From Pelagibacteraceae bacterium (GTDB lineage: Bacteria > Pseudomonadota > Alphaproteobacteria > Pelagibacterales > Pelagibacteraceae): DNA of 64,000 nucleotides. Positions 30,679-41,347 of this stretch are shown piece after piece; the stretch's first letter is position 1; every line of letters begins with the position of its first letter. The stretch lies in assembly GCA_045567335.1 (NCBI GenBank), contig JBJLCZ010000006.1, positions 9,732-73,731 of the forward strand, in the 5' to 3' direction. The notes beneath the pieces were generated by a model that did no database searches, was not told the DNA's origin, and saw only the letters and a list, made by a program, of their open reading frames with translations. The position numbers were made by a program, and so were the translations under genes.

Positions 30679-31142
30679 ACATTTAGAATCTGAAAGCTTC
30701 TATCTCCTGAAGGAGTATTGACGGAAACCATATCTTCAACATTTTTTCCTATTAAAGCTTTTCCAATAGGAGATCTAAAAAATATTAAATTTTTTGAAAT
30801 ATCAGCTTCATCTTGTCCTACAATCTTATATTTAGTTTTTTTATCATTTTCTAGATCTTTGACACTTACAGTCGAACCAAATATAACTTTACCGTTATTT
30901 TCAATTTTTGTAACATCTATAACGTTTGCTCGTGCTATCATATCATTTATAGCTATTACTCTACTTTCGATTTGAGCCTGTTGTTCTTTCGCAGCATGAT
31001 ATTCAGCATTTTCTTTAAGATCGCCATGAGAACGAGCTTCAGCTATGGCAGCAACTATTTCTGGTCTTTTGATATTTACTAAGTTTTTAAGTTCAGCTTT
31101 AAGTTTTTCTAAGCCAGTTAATGTAATGGGTTCTTTATCCAT
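30666..31142 (-). CDS. greA: Transcription elongation factor GreA
   Basis: HGDLKENAEYHAAKE, FGSTV, IVGQDEAD, SPIGKALIGK. Confidence 0.97.
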   Translation of the reverse strand: MDKEPITLTGLEKLKAELKNLVNIKRPEIVAAIAEARSHGDLKENAEYHAAKEQQAQIESRVIAINDMIARANVIDVTKIENNGKVIFGSTVSVKDLENDKKTKYKIVGQDEADISKNLIFFRSPIGKALIGKNVEDMVSVNTPSGDRSFQILNVQYV

Positions 31143-31143
31143 A

Positions 31144-31977
31144 TTATTTCCATTTAGGGTTTGGAGGTAATGACATCAAAATAGATTTTATATCACCCTC
31201 AGAATTTAGCCCAAACTTTGTACCTCTATCATATAATAAATTAAATTCTATATATTTACCTCTTTTTATCATTTGTTTTTCTTTATCTTTTTTATTCCAT
31301 CTTTTTTTAATTTTATTTAATACTATTTCTTTGGTTATATCTACAAATTGAAGACCTAACTCTCTAACAAATTTAAAATTATTTTCCCAATTTGATTGCT
31401 CATAATCAAAAAATAATCCCCCTATGCCCCTAGCTTCTTTTCTGTGAGGAATATAAAAATATTGATCACATAATTTTTTATATTTATAATAATTTTTATT
31501 ATTACTGTAACAAATTTTTTTTAGTTTTTGATGTATCTTATTTTTTTCAATAATATCATTAAAACTTGGTGTAACATCCATTCCTCCACCAAACCATTCT
31601 TTTGTAGTTGCAATAAATCTAGTGTTAAAATGTAAAGCAGGCATTTTAGGATTTTTCATATGTGCTACAACTGAAACTCCTGCAGCCCAATATTTTCCGT
31701 TTTTATTTGCACCTAATATGTGCGATCGATATTCTTTTTTAAAAGTTCCCTTTACCAATGATTTATTTATACCTAATTTATCAAATATCTTTCCTCCTGT
31801 TAATAAATATGAAACTCCCCCTCCTTCATTTTTATTTTTTTTTACCCAAGTATTTTTTTTGAATTTAATTTTTTTTTTTGAATGATTATTTTCTAATTTT
31901 ATAAATTCTTGGCATATCTGAAATTGAAGAAATTCAAACCAATTATTAATTAATTTTTTTTTTGCAAATATGTTCAT
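31144..31977 (-). CDS. hemF: Oxygen-dependent coproporphyrinogen III oxidase
   Basis: GGG, GVSVVAHMKNP, HFNTR, WFGGGMD, RGIGGLFFD, EFNLLYDRGTKFGL. Confidence 0.95.
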   Translation of the reverse strand: MNIFAKKKLINNWFEFLQFQICQEFIKLENNHSKKKIKFKKNTWVKKNKNEGGGVSYLLTGGKIFDKLGINKSLVKGTFKKEYRSHILGANKNGKYWAAGVSVVAHMKNPKMPALHFNTRFIATTKEWFGGGMDVTPSFNDIIEKNKIHQKLKKICYSNNKNYYKYKKLCDQYFYIPHRKEARGIGGLFFDYEQSNWENNFKFVRELGLQFVDITKEIVLNKIKKRWNKKDKEKQMIKRGKYIEFNLLYDRGTKFGLNSEGDIKSILMSLPPNPKWK

Positions 31978-32429
31978 AAAGAATTAAAATTATTTTGCCT
32001 TAATGCCTCGGATATAACTACTGCTACTGAGATAGCAATATTAAGAGATCTAGTATTTGATTGCATTGGAATTTTTAGTTTATCTTTAATTTCAGCATGA
32101 ATATTTTTTGGAACACCCGCACTTTCTTTTCCGAATATAAGCATATCTTTATCCATAAATTTAAAATTATGATAATATTTTTTAGCTTTTGTAGTAATTA
32201 AAATAAATCTTGATTTTGAATTTTTCATTTTAAAGTTGTTATAATCTTTGTATTTATAAATTTTTGTAAAATTCGCATAATCCATTGCGACTCGTTTAAA
32301 CCTTTTATCTTCAAGATTGAAAGCGCAAGGACCAATAATATGTATATTTAACTTAAAACAGGCTCCCAATCTAACGATAGCAGCCGTATTTTGTGGTATA
32401 TCTGGTTGATATAACGCAATATTTACCAT
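31974..32429 (-). CDS. trmL: tRNA (cytidine/uridine34-2'-O)-methyltransferase
   Basis: LYQPDIPQNT, MDY, FGKESAGVP, IPM..RSLNIA; alternative start 32441. Confidence 0.92.
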   Translation of the reverse strand: MVNIALYQPDIPQNTAAIVRLGACFKLNIHIIGPCAFNLEDKRFKRVAMDYANFTKIYKYKDYNNFKMKNSKSRFILITTKAKKYYHNFKFMDKDMLIFGKESAGVPKNIHAEIKDKLKIPMQSNTRSLNIAISVAVVISEALRQNNFNSL

Positions 32430-32504
32430 TTTATGTGTCATTCTGAACCCTAGAAAATATTTATTTTTAGTTTTATTTAAGTATTAAAATAGTAAACATC
32501 TTAT

Positions 32505-33026
32505 ATGGATAAACCAGAAAAAAAAACTAATAGAAGAGATTTTTTGTACACTGCAAGTTACACGATTGGAGCTTTTGGAGTTGGATCTATAATTTGGCCT
32601 TTAATTCATCAAATGAATCCTGATAAGGCTCAACAAGCTCTTGCCACAACTGAAGTGGATATAAGTCAGGTAGAACCTGGAAACTCGATTACTGTATTGT
32701 GGAGAGGTAAACCAGTTTTTTTAAAAAGAAGAACTCAAGAAGAAATAGATGAAGCTAGATCAGTTTCATTAAAAGAATTACCAGATCCGCAAAAAGATGA
32801 AGAAAGAGTAAAAAATGGTAAAGATGAATGGTTAGTTATGCTTGGTGTTTGCACACATTTAGGTTGTGTGCCACTTAAAGATAAAGGAGACTACAATGGA
32901 TGGTTTTGCCCTTGTCATGGCTCTCATTATGATGTTTCAGGCAGAATTAGAAAAGGACCTGCGCCTAAAAATATGGAAATACCTAAATACGAATTTGTAA
33001 ACAACAACACGATTAAAATAGGTTAA
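32505..33026 (+). CDS. petA: Ubiquinol-cytochrome c reductase Rieske iron-sulfur subunit
   Basis: Tat RRDFL, CTHLGC, CPCHGS. Confidence 0.97.
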   Translation: MDKPEKKTNRRDFLYTASYTIGAFGVGSIIWPLIHQMNPDKAQQALATTEVDISQVEPGNSITVLWRGKPVFLKRRTQEEIDEARSVSLKELPDPQKDEERVKNGKDEWLVMLGVCTHLGCVPLKDKGDYNGWFCPCHGSHYDVSGRIRKGPAPKNMEIPKYEFVNNNTIKIG

Positions 33027-33031
33027 CGATT

Positions 33032-34291
33032 ATGAGTGATAAAGAGTATATTCCAAAATCTAAAGCTGGCAAATGGTTTAATGATAGATTGCCTTTACTT
33101 TCTTTAGTTTCCCATTTGACTGATTACCCAACTCCTAAAAATTTAAATTATTGGTGGACATTCGGTGGAATTTTAACTTTTTGTTTATTAACTCAAATTA
33201 TAACAGGAATTGTACTTGCTATGCATTATGTTGCACACGCAGATTTAGCATTTGGAAGTGTCGAACATATAATGAGAGATGTTAATTATGGATGGTTAAT
33301 TAGGTATATTCACAGTAATGGAGCCTCAATGTTTTTTTTAGCTGTTTATATTCATATTTTTAGATCTTTATTTTATGGATCTTATAAATCTCCAAGGGAA
33401 GTAATTTGGATAATAGGAATTTTAATTTATATTTTAATGATGGCAGCTGCATTTATGGGTTATGTTTTGCCATGGGGTCAAATGAGTTTTTGGGGTGCAA
33501 CTGTTATTACAAACCTATTTAGCGCTATTCCTCTTATTGGTGATAGTATAACCACTTGGCTTTGGGGAGCCTATTCAGTTGATAATCCAACTTTAAATAG
33601 ATTTTTTAGCTTGCATTATTTAATTCCGTTTTTAATTATGGGGTTAGTCGTATTACATATATGGGCTTTACACGTTCCAGGAAATAACAATCCAGTTGGG
33701 ATAGATATAAAAAAACCTTCAAGAGACACAGTTCCTTTTCATCCTTATATAACTATTAAAGATACTTTTGCTTTATTGATGTTTGCGATGATTTTTGCAG
33801 GATTTGTATTTTTTGCACCAAATGTTTTAGGTCATTCTGATAATTATATTCCTGCGAACCCGATGGTTACGCCAGCACATATTGTTCCAGAATGGTACTT
33901 ACTGCCTTTCTATGCAATTTTAAGATCAGTACCAGATAAGTTAGGAGGAGTAATATTAATGTTTGGTGCAATATTTATACTTGTCATTCTTCCTTGGTTA
34001 GATACTTCAAAAGTAAGATCAACAGTATTTAGACCTATATATAGACAGTTTTTTTGGATATTAATCATTGACGTACTAATGTTAGGTTATATGGGGGCCA
34101 TGCCAGCAGAAGGCATATATTTAGTCTCTGCAAGAGTTGGCACTGTTTATTATTTTTTACATTTCTTAGTAATTTTACCAGTCGTAGGGTTTTTAGAAAA
34201 AACAGATCCAATACCAGCAAGTATATCTGAACCAGTTATGACTGGATCAGCAGAACCTTCTTTAGCTAAGAAACATAATGAAAATATTTAA
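33032..34291 (+). CDS. petB: Cytochrome b
   Basis: [43 protein letters not shown]. Confidence 0.98.
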   Translation: MSDKEYIPKSKAGKWFNDRLPLLSLVSHLTDYPTPKNLNYWWTFGGILTFCLLTQIITGIVLAMHYVAHADLAFGSVEHIMRDVNYGWLIRYIHSNGASMFFLAVYIHIFRSLFYGSYKSPREVIWIIGILIYILMMAAAFMGYVLPWGQMSFWGATVITNLFSAIPLIGDSITTWLWGAYSVDNPTLNRFFSLHYLIPFLIMGLVVLHIWALHVPGNNNPVGIDIKKPSRDTVPFHPYITIKDTFALLMFAMIFAGFVFFAPNVLGHSDNYIPANPMVTPAHIVPEWYLLPFYAILRSVPDKLGGVILMFGAIFILVILPWLDTSKVRSTVFRPIYRQFFWILIIDVLMLGYMGAMPAEGIYLVSARVGTVYYFLHFLVILPVVGFLEKTDPIPASISEPVMTGSAEPSLAKKHNENI

Positions 34292-35063
34292 TTTTAAAAA
34301 AAATTTACTAGTCTTGATCTTAATTTTTTTTTCAACTAATTTTTCTTTTTCAGCAGAGATGGTCGAACCTTTAAAAATAAAATGGAGTTTTAAAGGATTA
34401 ACCGGAAAATTTGATAGAGCATCACTACAAAGAGGATTTCAAGTATATAAGGAAGTGTGTTCATCTTGTCATTCTATGCAGTATTTAAGTTATAGAAATT
34501 TAGGAGAAGAAGGTGGCCCAGAATTTTCATTAGAGGAGGTTAAAGCAATTGCCGCAAGCATAGAGGTAGAGGATGGTCCAGATAGTCAAGGAGAGATGTT
34601 TACTAGACCTGGGAGACCTTCTGATAAATTTAAGAGTCCTTATCCAAACGTTAATGCATCTATGGCTGCCAATGGAGGAGCTTATCCTCCAGACATGTCA
34701 GTGCTAGTTAAAGCAAGACCGGGTGGTGCTAATTATATTTACTCGATACTAATGGGATATGAAGAGAAACCAGCTGATTTTATTTTAGAAGAGGGAGTTT
34801 ATTACAACAAATATATGAGTGGACAAAAAATTAAAATGTCTAATCCATTATCAGAAGGAATTATTGAGTATACAGATGGAACCGAAGCAAGCGAAAGTCA
34901 AATGGCAAAAGATGTAACAACATTTTTGGCATGGGCAGCTGAACCTGAATTGGAAGCTAGACATAAAACCGGAGTAAAGGTCATGCTATACTTAATTTTA
35001 TTAACTGTATTAGTTTACCTGAGTATGAAAAGAATATGGTCAAGGATTGACTCTGAAGTATAG
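34278..35063 (+). CDS. petC: Cytochrome c1
   Basis: [22 protein letters not shown]-terminal TM anchor. Confidence 0.97.
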   Translation: MKIFNFKKNLLVLILIFFSTNFSFSAEMVEPLKIKWSFKGLTGKFDRASLQRGFQVYKEVCSSCHSMQYLSYRNLGEEGGPEFSLEEVKAIAASIEVEDGPDSQGEMFTRPGRPSDKFKSPYPNVNASMAANGGAYPPDMSVLVKARPGGANYIYSILMGYEEKPADFILEEGVYYNKYMSGQKIKMSNPLSEGIIEYTDGTEASESQMAKDVTTFLAWAAEPELEARHKTGVKVMLYLILLTVLVYLSMKRIWSRIDSEV

Positions 35064-36107
35064 TACATCTCCATCTTTAACAATATAATCTTTTCCTTCT
35101 ATTCTTAATTTTCCAACTTCTTTACATTTTTCAGCACTTCCATATTTTATAAAATCTTCACAAGTTACCGCTTCAGCACGAATAAATTTTTTTTCAAAAT
35201 CAGTATGAATTACGCTTGCTGCTTTTGGGGCATAAGTATTTTTTTCTATGGTCCATGCTCTACTTTCTTCTGGACCAGAAGTAAAAAATGTGTCCAGATT
35301 TAATAATTCATATCCCTCTCTAATTAATTTATTCAAACCCGTCTTGTTTAAGCCAATTTCTTTCATAAAAGACTCTCTTTCATCTTTGGCTAAACCCATA
35401 ATTTGATCTTCTATGTCAGCACAAATATTTACAATTTTTTCATGAGAATATTCTTTTTTTATCATTTCAGTGTATTTATTTCCTACAGTTAGACTATCTT
35501 CATCTAAATTACATACAATGATTTTTGGTTTTATACTTAATAGTCCCAATGAAGATAAAAATTTTTCTTCTAACAAGTCTAATTTGTCGTCACTCCCTTT
35601 GTTTAATAAACTTAATTTTTTTTCTAAAATATCGATCTCTTTTACAGAAAGTAATTTTTTTTTACCTTTTTCTAGTTTTTTTTGAATTAAATCAATATCG
35701 GCCAACAATATTTCAGTTTTAATTGTTTCCAGGTCATTTATGGGATTAACATCAACATTTACATGAGTAATCTTTTCAGATTCAAAGCATCTTACCAGAT
35801 GAATTATAGCATCTACTTCTCTAATATGTGAAAGAAATTTATTACCTAAGCCTTCGCCTTTGGAAGCGCCTTTTACTAGCCCCGCAATATCTACAAAAGT
35901 AATATTGGTATAAATTTTTTTCTTAGAATTGGATAATTTTGATAATTGATCCAGTCTATTATCTAGTACATCTACTATTCCAATGTTAGGATCAATAGTA
36001 CAAAATGGAAAATTTGCTGCTTCTGCGTTCTTTGAAGCTGTTAAAGCGTTAAACAATGTTGATTTACCAACATTTGGCAAACCGACAATTCCACATTTAA
36101 ATCCCAT
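35040..36107 (-). CDS. ychF: Redox-regulated ATPase YchF
   Basis: [31 protein letters not shown] domain [11 protein letters not shown]. Confidence 0.97.
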   Translation of the reverse strand: MGFKCGIVGLPNVGKSTLFNALTASKNAEAANFPFCTIDPNIGIVDVLDNRLDQLSKLSNSKKKIYTNITFVDIAGLVKGASKGEGLGNKFLSHIREVDAIIHLVRCFESEKITHVNVDVNPINDLETIKTEILLADIDLIQKKLEKGKKKLLSVKEIDILEKKLSLLNKGSDDKLDLLEEKFLSSLGLLSIKPKIIVCNLDEDSLTVGNKYTEMIKKEYSHEKIVNICADIEDQIMGLAKDERESFMKEIGLNKTGLNKLIREGYELLNLDTFFTSGPEESRAWTIEKNTYAPKAASVIHTDFEKKFIRAEAVTCEDFIKYGSAEKCKEVGKLRIEGKDYIVKDGDVLYFRVNP

Positions 36108-36669
36108 TAAGATTTTGATTTACTTTACTTGAGAATAAATCTATTTTTTTTTCAATAAGTGTCGGAATAGATTTAACAATTTCATCAGTAATCTCTTTTA
36201 TCTTATCTTCTTCATCTTCTTTGAAATCTTCAAGCACATGACTATTAACTTTCTTTTTTTCTTTAGGATGTCCTATTCCTATTCTAACCCGCGAGTAGTC
36301 TTTTCCAATAAATTTATCAATTGACTCAATTCCATTATGACCTGCGCTAGTTCCTCCAAACTTAGCTTTAACTTTTCCAAAGTCAATATCCATATCATCG
36401 TGAAAAACTATTACATCCTTTGCATCGATTTTGAAATAATCAATTAATTCTTTTATTGCAGTTCCTGAATTGTTCATAAAAGTTAAGGGTTTAATAGCAT
36501 ATACTTTTTTTGTATCAATATTACCTGTTGTTAATAAACCTTTAAATTTTGGTTTTTGTTTTGAGAGTTTAAAGTGCAGATTAATCGCATCAATAATTTT
36601 GAATCCGATATTGTGTCTATTATTTGTGCTGTTAGGCCCTGGATTGCCTAGTCCAACTAGTAAAAGCAT
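36097..36669 (-). CDS. pth: Peptidyl-tRNA hydrolase
   Basis: VGLGNPG, RHNIGF, KPLTFMN, HDDMD, GHNG, RVRIGIG. Confidence 0.97.
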   Translation of the reverse strand: MLLLVGLGNPGPNSTNNRHNIGFKIIDAINLHFKLSKQKPKFKGLLTTGNIDTKKVYAIKPLTFMNNSGTAIKELIDYFKIDAKDVIVFHDDMDIDFGKVKAKFGGTSAGHNGIESIDKFIGKDYSRVRIGIGHPKEKKKVNSHVLEDFKEDEEDKIKEITDEIVKSIPTLIEKKIDLFSSKVNQNLNGI

Positions 36670-36675
36670 ATTTAA

Positions 36676-37440
36676 TTATTTTTTTTCAGCAGGTTTTTTT
36701 TCTGTTGTAGGTTTTTTATCTCCAGCCACTTTTTTTTCTCCAGCTGGTTCTTTTCCTTTTTCGTCTTTTTTAGGTGCTTCACCCTCTTTTCCTGGAGCAA
36801 CTTCGGCTCCTTCTGCTACTGCTCCTTCTCCTTCTTCTCCCTCTGCAACTGTTCCCTCTGTTGGTTTCTCAGGCTCTTTAACAATTGTAGGAGCAGCAAC
36901 TGTTGCAATAACAAAATCTCTATCTGTAATTGTTGGGCTAACTTTATCAGGTAAATTAACTGACGAGATTTTAATGCTTGTTCCAATATCTGTTCCTGCT
37001 AAATCTATTATTATATCGTCAGGTATTTTATCTGCAGGACATTTTAATTCTACTTTTCTTCTAACTATATTTAACACCCCGCCTCTTTTAAGTCCTGGTG
37101 AGTCAGCATGATTTTTAAATTGCACAGGTATCTCAATTGTAATTTTTGTACCAGCTACTATTCTCATGAAATCAATGTGGATAGGTTCATCTGAAACTAC
37201 GTGGTATGCAATTTCTCTTGGAATAACTTTTTGTTTTTGACCTTCTATATCTAGTTCAATCACAGTTGAAAGAAATGAATCTGAATTCAAAATTTTTGAG
37301 ATAGATTTTTTTTCAATAGAAATTTTTGAATTTTCATCTTTACCCCCGTATAAGATACAAGGTATTAAGCCATCAGCTCTTAATTTCTTTGTTTCGCCGT
37401 TTGAGCGTCCTTCTCTTTTTATAGCTTTTAAATTATTCAT
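36676..37440 (-). CDS. rplY: 50S ribosomal protein L25 / general stress protein Ctc
   Basis: LRADGLIPCILYG, HIDF, PGLKRGGVL; low-complexity E/K/G/A tail. Confidence 0.95.
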   Translation of the reverse strand: MNNLKAIKREGRSNGETKKLRADGLIPCILYGGKDENSKISIEKKSISKILNSDSFLSTVIELDIEGQKQKVIPREIAYHVVSDEPIHIDFMRIVAGTKITIEIPVQFKNHADSPGLKRGGVLNIVRRKVELKCPADKIPDDIIIDLAGTDIGTSIKISSVNLPDKVSPTITDRDFVIATVAAPTIVKEPEKPTEGTVAEGEEGEGAVAEGAEVAPGKEGEAPKKDEKGKEPAGEKKVAGDKKPTTEKKPAEKK

Positions 37441-37458
37441 GATATTATTTCGAAGTGC

Positions 37459-37487
37459 TATATAACTCTACTTTTGAAATTTGACAA
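37459..37487 (-). promoter_or_regulatory. Sigma70-type promoter of rplY-pth-ychF
   Basis: Minus strand cTTGTCA-N17-TATATA about 18 nt upstream of the rplY ATG. Confidence 0.6.
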
Positions 37488-37490
37488 GTG

Positions 37491-38423
37491 TTAATTGAAT
37501 AAATCTGAGACAGAATTGGAGTTTGCTATTCTTTTTATAGCCTCTGCCATAAGAGAAGATATAGATAATACCTCTATTTTATTGTTATTTTTTATTTTTT
37601 TGGAATTATCTATTGTATCAGTAATGATAAGCTTTTTTATTTTAGATTTTTTAATCTTTAATACTGCGTCGCCACTTAAAACCGCATGAGTAATAAAAAC
37701 ATATACTTCTATCGCTCCAGCTTTTTTTAAAGCATCTACAGCATTAACTATTGTGCCTCCACTATCTATAATATCATCTACAATTATACATGTTTTACCT
37801 TTAACGTTTCCAATTATATTCATGACTTGTGACTGACCTGGTTTAGGCCTTCTTTTATCTATAATAGCTAATTCAGCTTTAATTCTTGTTGCAAGTCCTC
37901 TTGTTCTCTGAACACCTCCGACGTCAGGGGAAACACAAATTAATTTTTTTGTTTTAAATTTTCTTTTGATATATTTTGCAAACAAAGGAGTTGTAAACAA
38001 GTTATCAACTGGCATATCAAAAAAACCTTGAATTTGACCAGCGTGCAAATCAACAGTAACAACTCTACTTGCTCCAGCATTGGTAATTAAATTTGCAACA
38101 ACTTTTGCTGAGATAGAAGTTCTTGGTGCTACTTTTCTATCCTGTCTGGCATAACCATAATAAGGAATCACTGCGGTAACATTTTTAGCGGAGGATCTTT
38201 TCAATGCATCTATAACAAGCAAAAGCTCCATCAGATTATCATTTGCAGGATTAGAAGTGGACTGAATTACAAAAACACTATTTCCTCTGATATTTTCATT
38301 AATTTCTATATAAATTTCTCCATCAGAAAATCTTTTGATGTTTGTATTTACCAATTTAAGCTTTAATTGTTTGGAGATATCCTTACTGAGCTTAGGGTTG
38401 CTAGTTCCAGATAATATTTTCAT
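37491..38423 (-). CDS. prs: Ribose-phosphate pyrophosphokinase
   Basis: FSDGE, PYYGYARQDRK, DLHAGQIQGFF, SPDVGG, VDDIIDSGGT. Confidence 0.97.
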   Translation of the reverse strand: MKILSGTSNPKLSKDISKQLKLKLVNTNIKRFSDGEIYIEINENIRGNSVFVIQSTSNPANDNLMELLLVIDALKRSSAKNVTAVIPYYGYARQDRKVAPRTSISAKVVANLITNAGASRVVTVDLHAGQIQGFFDMPVDNLFTTPLFAKYIKRKFKTKKLICVSPDVGGVQRTRGLATRIKAELAIIDKRRPKPGQSQVMNIIGNVKGKTCIIVDDIIDSGGTIVNAVDALKKAGAIEVYVFITHAVLSGDAVLKIKKSKIKKLIITDTIDNSKKIKNNNKIEVLSISSLMAEAIKRIANSNSVSDLFN

Positions 38424-38452
38424 GAAAGATATCTATTTATACAATTATTTTT

Positions 38453-39214
38453 TTAAGTTTTCAAACATATTGTTGATATACAACGCCCATAGTCACTTTC
38501 ATTTAATTTTTTTGACCTTCTATAGCTAAAAAAATTATCCTGATCTTTAAAAGTATCCATATCAATATTATCTATATTTTTAACACCTAATTTGTTTAAT
38601 TTACTGTTAACAAAAGCTCTAATATCAAATAATAATTTTTTTTTATTTTTTTTGATGAAAAATACAGAATTTTCTTTAGATTTTTTTAGGAAATTATGAA
38701 AAAAATCTACTTCAACTTCATAACTTTGTGCACCTATACAGGGACCTACGCAAGCAACAATATCATTTTCTGCATTTATCTCTCTAAACTTATTTAGAGT
38801 ATTTTCAATTATTCCAGAAAAACATCCTTTCCAACCGGCATGGATACATCCAATAATTTCATTTTTTTTATCGTATAAAATAATAGGTACGCAATCAGCA
38901 GTTAAAACACCTAAAGCAAAACCCTTTAAATTAGTTATTAAAGCATCAGATTTAAATTTTTTTATTTTTTTATTGGTACTGTTAACAATAATCACTTTAT
39001 TGCTGTGAGTTTGATTCATCAAAATTAAATCTTTTCTATGTAGTTCTAATTTTTGAGCGACGTGTTCTAAATTTTTTTTTATATTATCCTTGCTATCTCC
39101 AGAGCCTTCTCCACAATTTAGACTTTGATATATACTTTTTGAATGCCCGTTTTTTCTAGAAAAAAAACAATGACTCACATTACTGAATTTTTTTAATTTT
39201 GTTGAGTAAAACAT
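38453..39214 (-). CDS. pgeF: Peptidoglycan editing factor / polyphenol oxidase family (YfiH)
   Basis: SLNCG, QTHS, DALIT, LTADCVPI, IHAGWKG, GPCIG, FFSYRR. Confidence 0.93.
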   Translation of the reverse strand: MFYSTKLKKFSNVSHCFFSRKNGHSKSIYQSLNCGEGSGDSKDNIKKNLEHVAQKLELHRKDLILMNQTHSNKVIIVNSTNKKIKKFKSDALITNLKGFALGVLTADCVPIILYDKKNEIIGCIHAGWKGCFSGIIENTLNKFREINAENDIVACVGPCIGAQSYEVEVDFFHNFLKKSKENSVFFIKKNKKKLLFDIRAFVNSKLNKLGVKNIDNIDMDTFKDQDNFFSYRRSKKLNESDYGRCISTICLKT

Positions 39215-40278
39215 TATTTAAATCCTACAATTTCTTTTAAAGATTTTTTGTGGGCAAGAATCACCTTAAAAAGATTTCCCATATATTTTGGGTCTAAAAG
39301 TCTTTTTAATCTTAAAAATAAATCTGTTTTTTCTTTAAAGTTCATTTTAAAACTCAACATTTCTGCTCTTTCTAATATACCTAGCTTTTTTAAAAAAAAG
39401 CTTTGTGTAACAATATTTTCAACATTTAACTTTTTTTGTAAAAAAAATTCCTTTAGAATTCCAAAATTAACCAAAGAAGTTATATCTGCATCGCCAAGAT
39501 TTACAAATAACTTGTTTTGCTTATGACTCTTTATAGATTGAAGTGTATTTAAATTTAATTGTTTAACATAGCCATAATCAATTAATAATAGTCCTCCTCC
39601 TTCAAGATTAATTTTGTCTAACATAGGTTTAAGGATATTAAGACCCAATTTAGGAAACTCTATAAATTTTAGTTTTTTAAGTATTTTGAATTTTTTTATA
39701 TCTGAGATATTCTTTTTTTTAGCTTTAATTAGCTTCTCTTTTACTTTATTTTTTTTATTTAAGTACACATATTGTTCGTAAATATTGTTCTTAATTCTTT
39801 TAAATTGTTTAATTGGAATTGCATCAAAAAATTCATTACCAAAAAATAATACCGGACCTTTTTTTAAGCTTTTAAAACTGGATATCCATTTGATATTTTT
39901 ATTTTGGATATTTAATTTTTGTATATTTTTAAGTTTTTTACTTTTTTCAAACATATAAAAATTTAATTTACTTTGAAATTTAGGAAAATTTTTAAAAGCT
40001 TTAATTAATATTTTTGTTAAATTTCCATTTCCAGGACCTAATTCTATAATATTAAAGTTATTTGGTTTACCTAAACTTTCCCAAAAAGTAATAATCCAAA
40101 CAGCAAGCATTTCACTAAATAAGGGAGAAATAGAGGGAGAAGTTATAAAATCACCCGCTTTTCCAAAGGGATTGTTTTTTGAATAATAACCGTAAACATT
40201 ATTATATAAAACATCCTCGAGAAAATCGTCTAAAGCAATTATTTTTCTCCTTTTAAAATACCTGCTATTAGATTTCAT
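39214..40278 (-). CDS. SAM-dependent methyltransferase, MidA/NDUFAF7 family
   Basis: GYY, GDFITSPSISPLFSE, ELGPGNG, NEFFDAIP, IDYG, ADITSLVNF, MGNLFKV; lgt-midA-pgeF order; alternative TTG 40296. Confidence 0.9.
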   Translation of the reverse strand: MKSNSRYFKRRKIIALDDFLEDVLYNNVYGYYSKNNPFGKAGDFITSPSISPLFSEMLAVWIITFWESLGKPNNFNIIELGPGNGNLTKILIKAFKNFPKFQSKLNFYMFEKSKKLKNIQKLNIQNKNIKWISSFKSLKKGPVLFFGNEFFDAIPIKQFKRIKNNIYEQYVYLNKKNKVKEKLIKAKKKNISDIKKFKILKKLKFIEFPKLGLNILKPMLDKINLEGGGLLLIDYGYVKQLNLNTLQSIKSHKQNKLFVNLGDADITSLVNFGILKEFFLQKKLNVENIVTQSFFLKKLGILERAEMLSFKMNFKEKTDLFLRLKRLLDPKYMGNLFKVILAHKKSLKEIVGFK

Positions 40279-41062
40279 TTTTTTTAATTTTTGCAAATAA
40301 AATTAATCCGATTAAAAGCATTAATAAACTTAAAAAAGAACCCATACTTAATTTTTTATAAATATAACCTATTTGAATATCTGGTTCTCTAAATTGTTCA
40401 CAAAATATTCTAAAAACTCCATAAATTATAAGAAAAAAACTAGAGCATACTCCTGTTTTAATTTCTCTTTTTTTAGAGATGGTTATTAATATTATAAATA
40501 ATATAATTCCTTCTAAAAAAGCTTCATAAAGTTGAGAAGGGTGTCGCGGAAGGTTATCTACTGTTGGAAAAATTACTGACCAAAAAAATTCTGAAGGTCT
40601 TCCGTATAATTCTGCATTGATAAAGTTTGCGATTCTACCGAAAAATAGCCCTATTGGGGCTACACACGCTATTACATCTAAAAATAATAAAGAATTAAAG
40701 TTTCTTTTTTTAGAATTGGAAAAAAGCAAAGTAGCAAAAACTACTCCGACCACAGCACCATGAAATGACATACCACCTTGCCAAATTTTAAAAATTTCTA
40801 GAGGATTTTCGTAGTAAAATGGTAAATTATAGAAAATTATATAACCAATTCTTCCACCTAATATGATTCCTAAAATCAAATAAGAAATTAAATTATCAAA
40901 ATTTTCGATTTTTAAATTTTCAGTAGGTTTAGTCTTATAAATTAAAATTTTTTTTCCAACCCACCACCCACCTAAAATACCAATTATGTACGCAAGCGAA
41001 TACCATCTTATTTCAATAATACCTAAATCCACTAATATGGGGTTTAAATTATGAATATACAT
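40268..41062 (-). CDS. lgt: Prolipoprotein diacylglyceryl transferase
   Basis: IRWYSLAY, GGRIGY, GGMSFHG, GRIANFINAELYGR, RHPSQLYE. Confidence 0.96.
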   Translation of the reverse strand: MYIHNLNPILVDLGIIEIRWYSLAYIIGILGGWWVGKKILIYKTKPTENLKIENFDNLISYLILGIILGGRIGYIIFYNLPFYYENPLEIFKIWQGGMSFHGAVVGVVFATLLFSNSKKRNFNSLLFLDVIACVAPIGLFFGRIANFINAELYGRPSEFFWSVIFPTVDNLPRHPSQLYEAFLEGIILFIILITISKKREIKTGVCSSFFLIIYGVFRIFCEQFREPDIQIGYIYKKLSMGSFLSLLMLLIGLILFAKIKKNEI

Positions 41063-41116
41063 AAAGATAATTTATAACATAATTGATAAATTTTTTTTTA
41101 TCAAATAAGATTAGCT

Positions 41117-41347
41117 ATGAGCAAGTCAGAAAAATTGTTAAAATTACTATCAGACATGTTAGAAAATGGTATTTTATCAACACAAGATGTAAAAAAAGAA
41201 GTTTTAACTAATCTAAAATTTCAAAAAGATAACTTAGTAAGTAAATTAGATTTAGTTTCAAGAGAAGAATTTGAAATTTTAAAAAAGATAGTTGTTAAAC
41301 AAAATAAGGAAATTAAGCTACTTAAAAAAAAAAAATTAAAAAGGTAA
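41117..41347 (+). CDS. ubiK: Accessory factor UbiK family protein (BMFP)
   Basis: KLDLVSREEFE motif; divergent from lgt. Confidence 0.8.
   Translation: MSKSEKLLKLLSDMLENGILSTQDVKKEVLTNLKFQKDNLVSKLDLVSREEFEILKKIVVKQNKEIKLLKKKKLKR

Noticed and set aside
36470-37111. 213-aa + strand ORF
   Set aside because: Antisense to rplY/pth; its S/P/F-rich content mirrors the E/G/K codons of rplY
41324-41335. A12 homopolymer in ubiK (and T11 at 31869-31879 in hemF) as phase-variation tracts
   Set aside because: They encode poly-Lys in intact frames; long A/T runs are common at this AT content
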